The notes under the pieces are model-generated. The model did no database searches, had not been told where the DNA came from, and worked only from the letters and a program-made list of their open reading frames with translations. Shown here piece after piece: positions 46,312 through 56,181 of a DNA stretch of 64,000 bases (position 1 is its first letter; every line of letters starts with the position of its first letter). The position numbers and the translations under genes were made by a program. The stretch is from Spirochaetia bacterium (lineage in GTDB: Bacteria > Spirochaetota > Spirochaetia > DSM-2461). The DNA is taken from positions 4,352,001-4,416,000 of the forward strand of contig OY764216.1 of NCBI GenBank assembly GCA_963668315.1, written 5' to 3'.

Positions 46312-48009
46312 CTAGTCTTCCTTCTTCAGGGCGTCGGCAAGAGTAAAGGTTTCGGAACCGCTATCATCATCGCTTCCGGAATCCATATACCTTTCGATTT
46401 CCTGTCTCTCCTCGCGGTACTTAAGTTCGCGGATGGAAAGGCCCAGTTTCTGACGTCCGGGATTGATCTCGGAAACAGCGGCGCGGACTTTGTCGCCCAC
46501 TTTGAACTGGGTCAGCATTTCATCGGGATCATCCTCTCTGTTGGGGCTGAGCTGATTTTTGAAGATAAGACCTTCAATATCTCCCATAACCTTAACAAAG
46601 ACTCCGAAGTCAGCCACATTGGAGACTTCGCCCTCGATGATGGAACCTTTGGGATACTGAGCTTTAAGCTGTTCCCAGGGATCATCGGAAAGCTGCTTGA
46701 CTCCAAGACGGATTCTTCTCGCTTCGGTATCGACCCGGATAACCGTAACTTCCAGCTCTTCACCGGGCTTGAATACGGAATGGGCGCTCTGAACTTTCTG
46801 GGTCCAGGAGTAGTCATCCACGTGGAGGAAACCGTCGATTCCCTCTTCCAGCTCAACGAAGGCACCGGCATTGGTTACGTTCTTAATTGTTCTGGTCAGT
46901 TTGGTTCCAACGGGATAGGAAGCTTCGATCTCATCCCAGGGATTGGGGAGGACCTGCTTGAGGCCCAGAGATACTCTTCTTTCGTCCATGTCGTAACCGA
47001 GGATCATCGTCTCTACTTCATCACCGATGGAGAGAACTTCCTTGGGATGCTTAATCTTCTTAACCCAAGACAGCTCGGAAATATGAGCCAGGCCTTCGAT
47101 ACCCGGTTCAATTTCAATAAAGGCTCCGAAGTCGGTCATCTTGGTAACGGTACCCTTGACCCGATCGTCCACCTGATATCTTTCATTAAAGGATTCCCAG
47201 GGATCTTCGGCGAAGTCCTTGAGGGACAGGTTGATTTTCTGACCTTCACGGTCAAGCTTGATAACCTTAAGCTTAATCTCCTGACCTTTCTTAACGAAGT
47301 CACGGGGTCTGGTTACGTGTCCCCAGCTCATATCATTGATATGAAGGAGTCCGTCGAACCCGCCCAGATCGATGAAAGCGCCGAAGGAGGTAAAACTTTT
47401 TACCGTACCTGTCACTTCGTCCCCTTCCTGGGTCTTCTCGAAAAATTCAGCCCGGTTCTCCTGGCTCATCTGTTCGAGGTAACCCCTTCTGGAAACCACA
47501 ATATTTACTTTTCTCTCACCATAAAGTCTTTCAAGAAGGAACTTCCCTTTGAGACCGATATATTCGGAGGGAGTTTCCACCTTTACTATATCTGTTTTGG
47601 AAATGGGCAGGAATGCACGGGCGTCAACACCCAGATCTACCTCAAATCCGCCTTTAATCTCTTTAACAATCTCCCCGTCAACGGGAGTCTTGTCATTGAA
47701 GGCATCCTTCAGATCTTTCCAGACCTGTTTCTGTTCTGCCTTTTTCTTAGAAATGATGGGCTCACCATTCCTTCCTTCCTTTTTGATGAGTAATACGCTG
47801 ACTTTGTCGTCTAGTGCAGGCGCTTCACTGAATTCGGACAGGTTTATCTTACCTTCGCTCTTACAAAAGACATCGAGGTAGACAAACTCGGAATCCACCT
47901 GTACAACCGTACCTTCTACGATTGCACCTTCCTCTAAATTTTCTAGAGGCTTGAGGTAAGCTTCCTGAAGCTCTGTCTGGTCAGCTGCCATTACATCCTT
48001 TTCCGCCAT
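46312..48009 (-). CDS. rpsA: 30S ribosomal protein S1
   Basis: Six S1 domains (FGAFIDLGGFDGLLHINDMSW, FGAFIEIEPGIEGLAHISELSW). Confidence 0.97.
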   Translation of the reverse strand: MAEKDVMAADQTELQEAYLKPLENLEEGAIVEGTVVQVDSEFVYLDVFCKSEGKINLSEFSEAPALDDKVSVLLIKKEGRNGEPIISKKKAEQKQVWKDLKDAFNDKTPVDGEIVKEIKGGFEVDLGVDARAFLPISKTDIVKVETPSEYIGLKGKFLLERLYGERKVNIVVSRRGYLEQMSQENRAEFFEKTQEGDEVTGTVKSFTSFGAFIDLGGFDGLLHINDMSWGHVTRPRDFVKKGQEIKLKVIKLDREGQKINLSLKDFAEDPWESFNERYQVDDRVKGTVTKMTDFGAFIEIEPGIEGLAHISELSWVKKIKHPKEVLSIGDEVETMILGYDMDERRVSLGLKQVLPNPWDEIEASYPVGTKLTRTIKNVTNAGAFVELEEGIDGFLHVDDYSWTQKVQSAHSVFKPGEELEVTVIRVDTEARRIRLGVKQLSDDPWEQLKAQYPKGSIIEGEVSNVADFGVFVKVMGDIEGLIFKNQLSPNREDDPDEMLTQFKVGDKVRAAVSEINPGRQKLGLSIRELKYREERQEIERYMDSGSDDDSGSETFTLADALKKED

Positions 48010-48015
48010 AACTGG

Positions 48016-48669
48016 TCATTCTCCTGGATCTACTATATATTCTTTGATTTTACCCGATACTTTCTCACAAACTTGCTCTAAGGTCAAGCCGGAAGTATCT
48101 AAATATTCCGCATCTTCCGTAATTTTGAGAGAACCTTCCTTCTTATTCCGGTCTTTCCGGTCCCTCTCTTCTATATTGCTTCTTATTTCCTCAAGGGTCA
48201 GTTCGCTGACCCCCTGACGGTATCTTCTTTCGGCACGGGCCAGGGGCGAAGCGTCCAGAAACAGCTTGATTTCCCCGTGGGGAAACACCACGCTGGTCAT
48301 GTCCCGGCCCTCGGCTACCACGTTCATACCGGAGGTGATCCGCCTGATGTGGTCGTTCACTATATGCCTTACGGGAACACAGGCAGAGACGGGGGAAACC
48401 ACCCGGTCGACCCGGTCGGTATGCAGCTCACCCTCCACATCGGCGCCGTCCATAAAGAGACGGCCGTCCCGGATATCCAGGTCCAGCCGGGAAGCCAGCT
48501 CGGTCAGCTTCTCCTCTTCCTCGGGAGAGACTCCCTCCTCCAGGGCTTTCAGCGCCACAGCCCGATAGAAGTTCCCCGAATTCAAATTAAAAAAACCGAA
48601 ATGGTCCGCCACATACTGGGCCACGGTGCTTTTGCCGACTCCTGCCGGTCCGTCGATGGCTACAATCAT
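48016..48669 (-). CDS. cmk: Cytidylate kinase
   Basis: AIDGPAGVGKST, NSGNFYRA, VAEGRDM, RAERR. Confidence 0.96.
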   Translation of the reverse strand: MIVAIDGPAGVGKSTVAQYVADHFGFFNLNSGNFYRAVALKALEEGVSPEEEEKLTELASRLDLDIRDGRLFMDGADVEGELHTDRVDRVVSPVSACVPVRHIVNDHIRRITSGMNVVAEGRDMTSVVFPHGEIKLFLDASPLARAERRYRQGVSELTLEEIRSNIEERDRKDRNKKEGSLKITEDAEYLDTSGLTLEQVCEKVSGKIKEYIVDPGE

Positions 48670-49433
48670 AACGACTTCTCCTCCCCTCCGGAACCGGCGC
48701 GGTTCTTCTTTCCCCTGTTCAGAGCCAGTTCGGTCAGTTTCTTAATCTCGCTCTCCTTCAGGTTCCGGAAATGACCGGGGAGAAGTCCCTTCACGGTGAC
48801 CGATCCGATACGGACGCGGTGTATCTTCTTCACGGTGATGTTACGGGAGAGGAAAACCTTACGAAGCTCCTGGTTTCTTCCTTCCTCAAGGACGATATGG
48901 ACGATGTGAGGCCCTTTGAGCCGGTAGCTTTTCGCCTTGTAGAATTCGCCGTTCACCCGGATCCCCGTCAGGAACTGCTTCATAAGCTCCTCGGGTATTT
49001 TTTTCTTTGTGGTGATCACGTACTCCTTCTCGAGGTGGGTGGAAGGATGGGTGATCAGCTGGGCGAAGTCGCCGTCATTGGTGAAAAAAAGGAGCCCCGA
49101 GGTCATATAGTCCAGACGGCCCACGTTGAAGATTCTCTGGGGCACGCCGGCAATCAGATCCCGTGCCACCGGCCGGTCCCGGTCATCCTTGTTCGAACAG
49201 ATGTACCCCGAAGGCTTATGAAGGGCGATATAAATCTTCCTCTTCATCGGCTTGACCACCCGACCGTCCAGGCGGACATCATCCTCCAGGGAAACCTTAT
49301 CACCGGGGGAGAGGGTGACCTTTCCGTTCACTTCCACTCTGCCGCTTTTTATTATCTCTTCACACTTACGCCGGGAGTCAACTCCCGACTGGGCCAGGAA
49401 TACCTGGAGCCTCATCTCATTATCATTATCCAT
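48666..49433 (-). CDS. rluB: RsuA/RluB-family pseudouridine synthase
   Basis: S4 domain (RLQVFLAQSGVDSRR), VGRLD, EGRNQELR; usual scpAB-rluB-cmk context. Confidence 0.9.
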   Translation of the reverse strand: MDNDNEMRLQVFLAQSGVDSRRKCEEIIKSGRVEVNGKVTLSPGDKVSLEDDVRLDGRVVKPMKRKIYIALHKPSGYICSNKDDRDRPVARDLIAGVPQRIFNVGRLDYMTSGLLFFTNDGDFAQLITHPSTHLEKEYVITTKKKIPEELMKQFLTGIRVNGEFYKAKSYRLKGPHIVHIVLEEGRNQELRKVFLSRNITVKKIHRVRIGSVTVKGLLPGHFRNLKESEIKKLTELALNRGKKNRAGSGGEEKSL

Positions 49434-49965
49434 TTAATTCAAACCTGTCACTTTCCACATCATCCAGCTTGGGAAGATCGGCAATACTCTTCAAGCGGAA
49501 AAGTCTCAAGAACTCCCGGGTTGTTCCGTACAGAATCGGTTTCCCCGGGACATCTTTCTTTCCCACTTCCTTTATAAGCTTCTTCTTCAAAAGAAGCCTC
49601 ATCATCCCGTCCACAGACACGCCGCGGATATTCTCGATTTCCGAACGGGTCAAAGGCTGACTGTAGGCAATAATGGAAAGAGTTTCCAGTGCGGCCCGGG
49701 ATAGTTTTTCCTCATTTTTATGACCGTAATTCTCCTTGAGGAGTTCGGAGAATTCATCCTTGGGGACCAGTAGGTACCCCCCGTCTATCTCGGCGAGACC
49801 GATTCCTCTGTGTTCAGACGCGAGGTCTTCGGATAGCCGGTCCATCACCGATTTAAGAACACCCTTGTCCATCCCGGTGACCCGGGACAGGTAGGTTAGA
49901 TTCACGGGCTCGTTTTCAAGAAAGAGCACAGCCTCGAGCAGGGCCGATTCTTTTTCAAGACTCAA
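49426..49965 (-). CDS. scpB: SMC-Scp complex subunit ScpB
   Basis: LSRAALETLSIIAYSQP, IENIRGV, PGKPILYGTT. Confidence 0.96.
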   Translation of the reverse strand: MSLEKESALLEAVLFLENEPVNLTYLSRVTGMDKGVLKSVMDRLSEDLASEHRGIGLAEIDGGYLLVPKDEFSELLKENYGHKNEEKLSRAALETLSIIAYSQPLTRSEIENIRGVSVDGMMRLLLKKKLIKEVGKKDVPGKPILYGTTREFLRLFRLKSIADLPKLDDVESDRFELNG

Positions 49966-50716
49966 AGGTCAGCACCTCCTTTGGTACATCCGAGCTATTT
50001 CGGGCCCGGATTTTTATATCACCGAAAAGCCGGTTCTGATAGATGAGGATCTGCTGGGTCTTCACCGACTCCAGAACAGCCAGAAAGGTGCAGACTATCT
50101 CCAGGAGGGAATCGGGATTGATAAGCAGATCGGTAAAAAGAAATTCCTCGGCCGTTTCAAGGAGTTCCATGATCAGGGTGATTTTCTCGTTGACCGTAAC
50201 CTCTTCGTAGAGATTGACGATTTTTTCCGAGGACAGATTTTCCATAATCCCGGAAAAACACTGCAGGAGATCCCACACTTCCACCTCCTGCCAGAGATTG
50301 TCCTCTTCCTGAAAGGGCAGAAAATGCTGCCTTTTCTTTCTCTCTATCACCCAGGTGGTTTCCTTCTCCTTCTCTGCCATCAGAGCGGAGAGTTTCCGGT
50401 ATTTCTGATATTCGATGAGTTTCTCCACCAGCTCCCGCCGCGGATCGTCCAGCTCATCCTCGAAATCCACCTCCACGGGCAGAAGCATGCGGGATTTAAT
50501 GTAGAGCAGCGTGGAGGCCATCAGGTAGAATTCGGTGATATTCTCCAGATCCACCCCGGCGGCGTATTTCATATATTCCAGATACTGCTCTGTCACTTCC
50601 GCGATGGGAATGTCATAGATGTTGACTTCGTTTTTTCGGATCAGGAAGAGGAGAAGATCCAGAGGCCCCTCGAAGGATTCCAGCTTATATTGATGTTTTT
50701 TCTTTTCCTCTTCCAC
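49955..50716 (-). CDS. scpA: Segregation and condensation protein ScpA
   Basis: FEGPLDLLLFLIRK, IKSRMLLP, DPRRELV, TFLAVLE. Confidence 0.96.
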   Translation of the reverse strand: MEEEKKKHQYKLESFEGPLDLLLFLIRKNEVNIYDIPIAEVTEQYLEYMKYAAGVDLENITEFYLMASTLLYIKSRMLLPVEVDFEDELDDPRRELVEKLIEYQKYRKLSALMAEKEKETTWVIERKKRQHFLPFQEEDNLWQEVEVWDLLQCFSGIMENLSSEKIVNLYEEVTVNEKITLIMELLETAEEFLFTDLLINPDSLLEIVCTFLAVLESVKTQQILIYQNRLFGDIKIRARNSSDVPKEVLTFES

Positions 50717-50778
50717 GGCTCCATGGGTTTCAGGCGGACAGAAGGCCGTCCGATCTATCCGGTCCGGCCGTTCCGTGC

Positions 50779-51258
50779 CTATAAAACCACTCCCTCCGAG
50801 TTATCTTTGATAAAGCTCTCCTTCATATCCTTGCGGAAGGCTATGAGTTTCTCCTTTAACTCGTGGTGTTTCAGAGCCATCATCTGCACCGCCAGCATGG
50901 CGCCGTTGTAGGAATTGTTCACTCCCACGGTGGCCACGGGGATGGATTTGGGCATCTGCACGATGGACATAAGGGCGTCCATACCTTCAAAGGCGGCATT
51001 CAGGGGGACCCCCACCACGGGAAGAATCGTCTTGGAGGCGATGACACCGGGAAGATGAGCCGCGAGACCCGCTCCGGCCACAATGACCTCGACCCCTTCC
51101 GCTTCCATTCGTTCCAGCTCGGCTTCCAGTTTTTCGGGGACCCGGTGAGCCGAAAGGACGTGGGCTTCATACTCCACGCCGAAAGACTCGAAACATCGGG
51201 CGGCGCCCTTCATTTTATCCGTATCCGATTTACTACCAAAGATTATCGCTGCTTTCAT
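50779..51258 (-). CDS. purE: N5-carboxyaminoimidazole ribonucleotide mutase
   Basis: IIFGSKSD, SAHRVP, GAGLAAHLPG, SIVQMP, PVATV. True start is ATG 51258. Confidence 0.96.
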   Translation of the reverse strand: MKAAIIFGSKSDTDKMKGAARCFESFGVEYEAHVLSAHRVPEKLEAELERMEAEGVEVIVAGAGLAAHLPGVIASKTILPVVGVPLNAAFEGMDALMSIVQMPKSIPVATVGVNNSYNGAMLAVQMMALKHHELKEKLIAFRKDMKESFIKDNSEGVVL

Positions 51259-51360
51259 AGGGAAAATATAACAGAAAAACATGTTGAAAGGAAGCCCCGC
51301 CTCTAGTATTCTTAGAGAACAATACCAACTATAAGGGATATAATTCCCGGGGAGAGAACA

Positions 51361-51768
51361 ATGGCAGGAAAATCCTTCAATGTAATGCTGATTCTTCAAA
51401 TTCTGGTAGCACTTCTACTGCTGACTTTCGGTCTTGATGCGCTGACCGGCTACAATTCCACCGGTGCCGAGCTGATGAGAACGGTAAACAAGGCCTTCGG
51501 AGGGAGCAACAATATTCTCCCGGTAATCTTTGCCGTGATTGAAATTGTCGTGGGAGCTCTGCTGATTCTCGAATTTTTCATGCCCGTAACAACCAAGTTC
51601 GTCTTCATAGGTATGATCGTAATCTGCGTGGTATGGATTATAACCATTGTCATGAATTTCATATCCAGCGGATTTCTCGAGCCGAATTTCATCTCCTGGC
51701 TCAGAAACCTTTCGGTACAGCTCATCCTCCTGACAAGCTTCTGGCTCGTCGGCTCATCCAAGCAGTAG
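51361..51768 (+). CDS. Hypothetical membrane protein (4 TM)
   Basis: Four hydrophobic segments, SD GGGGAG, ends 8 bp before mutL. Confidence 0.75.
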   Translation: MAGKSFNVMLILQILVALLLLTFGLDALTGYNSTGAELMRTVNKAFGGSNNILPVIFAVIEIVVGALLILEFFMPVTTKFVFIGMIVICVVWIITIVMNFISSGFLEPNFISWLRNLSVQLILLTSFWLVGSSKQ

Positions 51769-51775
51769 GAGCTCC

Positions 51776-53593
51776 ATGACTGAACCGCGCATAGCCGTAC
51801 TGGAAGATTCGGTCGCCCGCAGAATCGCCGCGGGGGAAGTGATAGAGAGGCCCTCGTCGGTTGTGCGCGAGCTGCTGGACAACTCCATCGATGCGGGCAG
51901 CAGCGAAATCGCCCTTCACATAGACGGGGGCGGCATCGGCCGGATAAGAATAGTGGACAACGGGACGGGAATGTCCGGAGAGGAGATGGATCTCTGCTGG
52001 CTCCCCCATGCCACCAGCAAGATACGAACGGTGGACGACCTGATGAGCGTGGGGACCCTGGGTTTCCGGGGGGAAGCCCTTTCCAGCGTGGCGGCCTGCG
52101 CCCGGATGGAAATCGTCAGCGCCACCGATGATTCGGGCGCCGCCGAGAAACTCCTTATTCAGGGGGGCAGGAAAGTCCTGCGGGAAGGAACGGCGGGTAC
52201 CAGAGGAACGGTTATCGATGTTTCCGATCTGTTCTACTCCATCCCGGCCCGGAAGAAATTCCTCAAAAGGGAGTCCGCCGAAGCACAGCAGTGCCGGAAA
52301 ACTTTTCTGGAAAAGGCCCTGCCCTTCCCGGAAGTGGGATTCCGCTATTTCCAGGACGGCCGGCTGAATTTATACCTTCCCCCCTCGGATCTGAAGAGAC
52401 GGGTTCTTGCCGGCTATCCGGCCCTGGGGCAGGAAAAGCTGTTCACCCATCTGAGGGGAGAGGACGAGGGATTTACCGTGGATATTATCGCCGGCTCCCC
52501 GGCGCTCCACCGGCGCAACAGGCAGCAGATTCATATTTTCGCCAATAAACGCCGCATCGATGAGTTCGGATTCGTCCAGGCGGTGGAGTACGGCTACGAC
52601 ACCTTTCTGCCGGGCGGCCAGTTCCCCGTCTGTTTCGTTTTTGTCCAGTGCGATCCCCGCCTGGTGGACTTCAATATCCATCCGGCGAAAAGGGAGGCGA
52701 AATTCCGCATTAAACAGGAGATCCACCACCGGATCGTGATCATGCTCAAAGAGGAGCTCAACCGCAGCCATACGTCTCTGGACAGGCCGGCCCTGAATGA
52801 TATTGGCAAAGTCACCGGAAGACTCCCCTCGGGATACCAGAGCGAAACTCCCCAGGGAGAGTTCAAATCCCTGACAATGGGGGAGAGGGATGACTACAGA
52901 CTGAACTCGCCGCAATCACCGGGTCACTCAGGCTATGTGGCCCGTGAAAGGACGGCGGCCGCCAAATCGGCCCACCCCTTCTCCCTGCCCGAAGAGAGAA
53001 CCGCCCCCTTTGCGGGAACCAGAGAGCTTCCCCGACAGGAGGAGACGTCCCGGAACTTCCGCTACCTGGGACAGTTCATGAATCTTTTCCTTCTCATCGA
53101 GAGGGAGAGCAAACTCTATATCATGGACCAGCATGCCGCCCACGAGAGGATTCTCTACGAGGAGTTCAGGCAGAACCGCTCCCATCCGCAGGAGCTGCTC
53201 ATTCCCATCCGGCTGGAACTGACCGACGACGAAGACGAGTGGCTCGGGAAAAACCTTGATGACTGGAAAAATCTCGGATTCGACCTGAAGCGCCACGGGC
53301 CGGGAGACTGGACGGTGAACCGTGTTCCCGCCTTCGCCGAAAGAATGGACCGGGAAATACTGGAGATCATCCAGGGCCGGGGCGGTACGGGCGACCGGCT
53401 TGAAAAGGACCTCTACGCCACCGCCAGCTGCAAGGCCGCCATCAAGGACGGGGAGGTTCTGGACCGGGAGACGGCAGAGAGGCTGATAGAGAGAGCCTTC
53501 CGCCTTCCCTTCCCCCGCTGTCCCCACGGAAGGCCACTCTGGTTCGAAATCAGCCGGGACGAGCTTTTTCAGCTGGTGGGTCGCACGGTCTAG
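51776..53593 (+). CDS. mutL: DNA mismatch repair endonuclease MutL
   Basis: IAAGEVIERP, HATSKI, GFRGEAL, NIHPAK, DQHAAHER, SCK, CPHGRP. Confidence 0.97.
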   Translation: MTEPRIAVLEDSVARRIAAGEVIERPSSVVRELLDNSIDAGSSEIALHIDGGGIGRIRIVDNGTGMSGEEMDLCWLPHATSKIRTVDDLMSVGTLGFRGEALSSVAACARMEIVSATDDSGAAEKLLIQGGRKVLREGTAGTRGTVIDVSDLFYSIPARKKFLKRESAEAQQCRKTFLEKALPFPEVGFRYFQDGRLNLYLPPSDLKRRVLAGYPALGQEKLFTHLRGEDEGFTVDIIAGSPALHRRNRQQIHIFANKRRIDEFGFVQAVEYGYDTFLPGGQFPVCFVFVQCDPRLVDFNIHPAKREAKFRIKQEIHHRIVIMLKEELNRSHTSLDRPALNDIGKVTGRLPSGYQSETPQGEFKSLTMGERDDYRLNSPQSPGHSGYVARERTAAAKSAHPFSLPEERTAPFAGTRELPRQEETSRNFRYLGQFMNLFLLIERESKLYIMDQHAAHERILYEEFRQNRSHPQELLIPIRLELTDDEDEWLGKNLDDWKNLGFDLKRHGPGDWTVNRVPAFAERMDREILEIIQGRGGTGDRLEKDLYATASCKAAIKDGEVLDRETAERLIERAFRLPFPRCPHGRPLWFEISRDELFQLVGRTV

Positions 53594-53685
53594 GACGACG
53601 GTTAATTTTTTTTACCCTTTTCTCATCTTTTCCTAACATAACTTCCGCAGAATGGGAAAGAGCTCTATGAGGAGAAGGTAAAAAT

Positions 53686-54564
53686 ATGACCATTAAAAAA
53701 AGCCTCCGGGGAAATATTATCCTGCTCACCCTTGCCGGCGAGCTGGATATGTATAATTCCACCGAATTCCGCCAGCATATAGATGCCATGCTGGACAAGC
53801 ATTCCCCCAAGGGTCTTCTGATGAATTTCCGGGATCTCACCTATGTTGATTCCAGCGGTATCGGCCAGCTGCTCTCGCTGATAAAGAGGACGACCCAGAA
53901 AAACTGCGAAACCTGTTTCTGCCACATCCAGGATCAGGTCCTCGAGATAATCAAACTGACCAGGATTCTGCCCCTTTTCGAGATTAAGAGCTCCGAAAGG
54001 CGGGCCATCGATTATCTGGAGGGAAAAATCAGGAAGAAGTCCCAATACAGCCGTTCCACTGTCCGCATTGACGAGGACAGCCCCCTTATGAGCAGGGAGG
54101 GGATGAGCCATAAGACCATCAATATCGATTTCAGCCGCATCCGCTACATCAGTCATATCATAACCCAGGACGCGCCGGACATCATCCGCGAGTATAATCT
54201 GCTTGAACAGCAGATAAGCGAAATCATAAAAAACGGCATACGCCACGGCAATAAGAACGATATCAGCAAATCCCTCAAAATCTGGTGGCACTTCACGGCC
54301 CGTTCCGCCCGGCTCATCGTGGAAGACGAGGGGGAGGGATTTCAGAAACTGGAGGAGTGGCTGGATTTTCACGAGAAGAGGCTGGAATGCTTTTCCCGGG
54401 GGGATTTTGAATCGATGACGGAATATCTGAGCTACCGCACACCGGAAAGCCGTGAGGAGGACGGGGGAAATGCCCTTTTCGCCGCCGTGGAGTACTGGAA
54501 CAGGGGCGTGGTGTTCAACAATAAGAAGAATGCCATAGCCGTGGCCCGCGATTTTATATATTAG
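53686..54564 (+). CDS. STAS anti-sigma-factor antagonist fused to an RsbW-like HATPase domain
   Basis: N-terminal LAGELD...YVDSSGIG (phosphorylatable Ser). C-terminal EIIKNGIRHGNK, VEDEGEGF, GGNALF. Confidence 0.8.
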   Translation: MTIKKSLRGNIILLTLAGELDMYNSTEFRQHIDAMLDKHSPKGLLMNFRDLTYVDSSGIGQLLSLIKRTTQKNCETCFCHIQDQVLEIIKLTRILPLFEIKSSERRAIDYLEGKIRKKSQYSRSTVRIDEDSPLMSREGMSHKTINIDFSRIRYISHIITQDAPDIIREYNLLEQQISEIIKNGIRHGNKNDISKSLKIWWHFTARSARLIVEDEGEGFQKLEEWLDFHEKRLECFSRGDFESMTEYLSYRTPESREEDGGNALFAAVEYWNRGVVFNNKKNAIAVARDFIY

Positions 54565-54566
54565 AA

Positions 54567-55754
54567 ATGATAAAAAGAATACCCATAGAAAAAAGAAGAA
54601 AGCAGACGGTCGGGTTTCTGGGAGCCGATTCCTTCTATGTCAGGGACGACTGTACGGTGGAAGAGCTTCTCCGGGCCCTGGAAGAGAGTTCCGAGACATC
54701 CCTCTATGCTCTGGCTGTGGTCGACAGGAATATGAAAAACCGGGGGCTCATCGTCCTGAGGGAGCTCTATTCCCTCATAGGGCGTCAGTACGGAAGAGCC
54801 ATTCTCGGCAAGAAAACGGTCAATGCGGTTATGAACCGGGAAACCCCCGCCTTCAATATAGACGACAATATATTCTCCGTGGGGGAAGAGCTGGAGAAAA
54901 ATCTGCGTGACGATGAGATAACCTACTACCTGCTCCATGACAACGACTATGTGTTCAAGGGGATTTTCTCCTCACGGGATATTCTGATCCATCTAAGCAA
55001 TATGACAAAGAACGATATGGTCATGGCCCAGTCCATCCAGAGAAAGATCTCACGGGAGGAGACCAGTATCCACGAGTCCCACTTTGACCTGGTCGCGTCC
55101 ACCCAGCCCGTTATGGACGTGGGGGGCGACTGCTACCTCATCAAGAAATACCATAAGAACCAATGGCTCTTCTCGGTGTGCGATGCCTCGGGCAAGGGGA
55201 TCGCCGCCTCGCTTCTGACGACGACGATCTGGGGCATGATGAGCATTTACGATTTCACCGGGGGGCTCTCCTCCTTTCTGAAAAAAGTAAACAGCTACCT
55301 CTTCGAGACACTGGAATCGGAACGTTTCATAACGGGGATTTTTCTGGATTTCCATGCCGATACCGGCAAAGTTCATATCTATGACATGGGCCATTCCTAT
55401 CTCTATATACACAGGACGGGACGGCTGAAAAGAATCCCCCTGAAGGGTAATCCCCCCATCGGGATTCAGGAACTGAAGAATTTTTCCGTGGGAACTCTGC
55501 AGCTCAACGAGGGGGATTATCTTTTCATTCCCACCGACGGGCTTCTCGAACAGTCGAATCAGGAGGGGCGTTTCTATTCCATCAAGCGGGTGCAGACGAT
55601 CATCAATAAGAACCTGAACAAGCCCATAGATCAGGTGAAAACCGAAATCCGCCGGGACTTCCTGGAGTTCAAGGGAAAGGAGCATGTCCATGACGATGTG
55701 ACCTTTCTGCTCCTGAAGTATTACGACAGGGAAGCGAAGGACGAATACGTCTGA
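54567..55754 (+). CDS. CBS-domain SpoIIE/RsbU-family PP2C phosphatase
   Basis: N-terminal CBS-like pair; AQSIQ, VGGDCY, CDASGKG, TDGLLE, DDVT. Confidence 0.88.
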   Translation: MIKRIPIEKRRKQTVGFLGADSFYVRDDCTVEELLRALEESSETSLYALAVVDRNMKNRGLIVLRELYSLIGRQYGRAILGKKTVNAVMNRETPAFNIDDNIFSVGEELEKNLRDDEITYYLLHDNDYVFKGIFSSRDILIHLSNMTKNDMVMAQSIQRKISREETSIHESHFDLVASTQPVMDVGGDCYLIKKYHKNQWLFSVCDASGKGIAASLLTTTIWGMMSIYDFTGGLSSFLKKVNSYLFETLESERFITGIFLDFHADTGKVHIYDMGHSYLYIHRTGRLKRIPLKGNPPIGIQELKNFSVGTLQLNEGDYLFIPTDGLLEQSNQEGRFYSIKRVQTIINKNLNKPIDQVKTEIRRDFLEFKGKEHVHDDVTFLLLKYYDREAKDEYV

Positions 55755-55767
55755 GAGGACCGGACCG

Positions 55768-56136
55768 TCAGACAGCCCGGCCTATCTGCTTCCTGACAAC
55801 GGACATAACCACCTCAGGATCGACCGGTTTTGTCAGGAAGTCGACCGCCCCGAGGGATAATCCCCGGGCTTTTTCCTCGGGGCTGTCGTTCCCCGTAAGA
55901 AAAATAACGGGGACATCCCTGAGGTTCTCATTGCCTTTGATCCGGGTGCAGACCTCGTACCCGTCCATTCCGGGCATGACGATATCGAGCAGGACGAGGA
56001 GCGGCTTCTCCTCTTCCATGATTTCCAGGGCTTCCTCCCCGTCCAGAGCCACGGAAATATCATCAAGACTGCTTAAGAGCTCCAGCAGAATATCTATATT
56101 CGCCGGTGTATCATCCACTACTAAAATCATAGGCAC
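55768..56136 (-). CDS. Single-domain response regulator (receiver)
   Basis: ILVVDD, LLDIVMPGMDG, IFLT, DFLTKP. Confidence 0.92.
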   Translation of the reverse strand: MPMILVVDDTPANIDILLELLSSLDDISVALDGEEALEIMEEEKPLLVLLDIVMPGMDGYEVCTRIKGNENLRDVPVIFLTGNDSPEEKARGLSLGAVDFLTKPVDPEVVMSVVRKQIGRAV

Positions 56137-56181
56137 CTGCCCTTCCGATTATGAAATGCCCCGTCCGGACATTTCCCCCTC

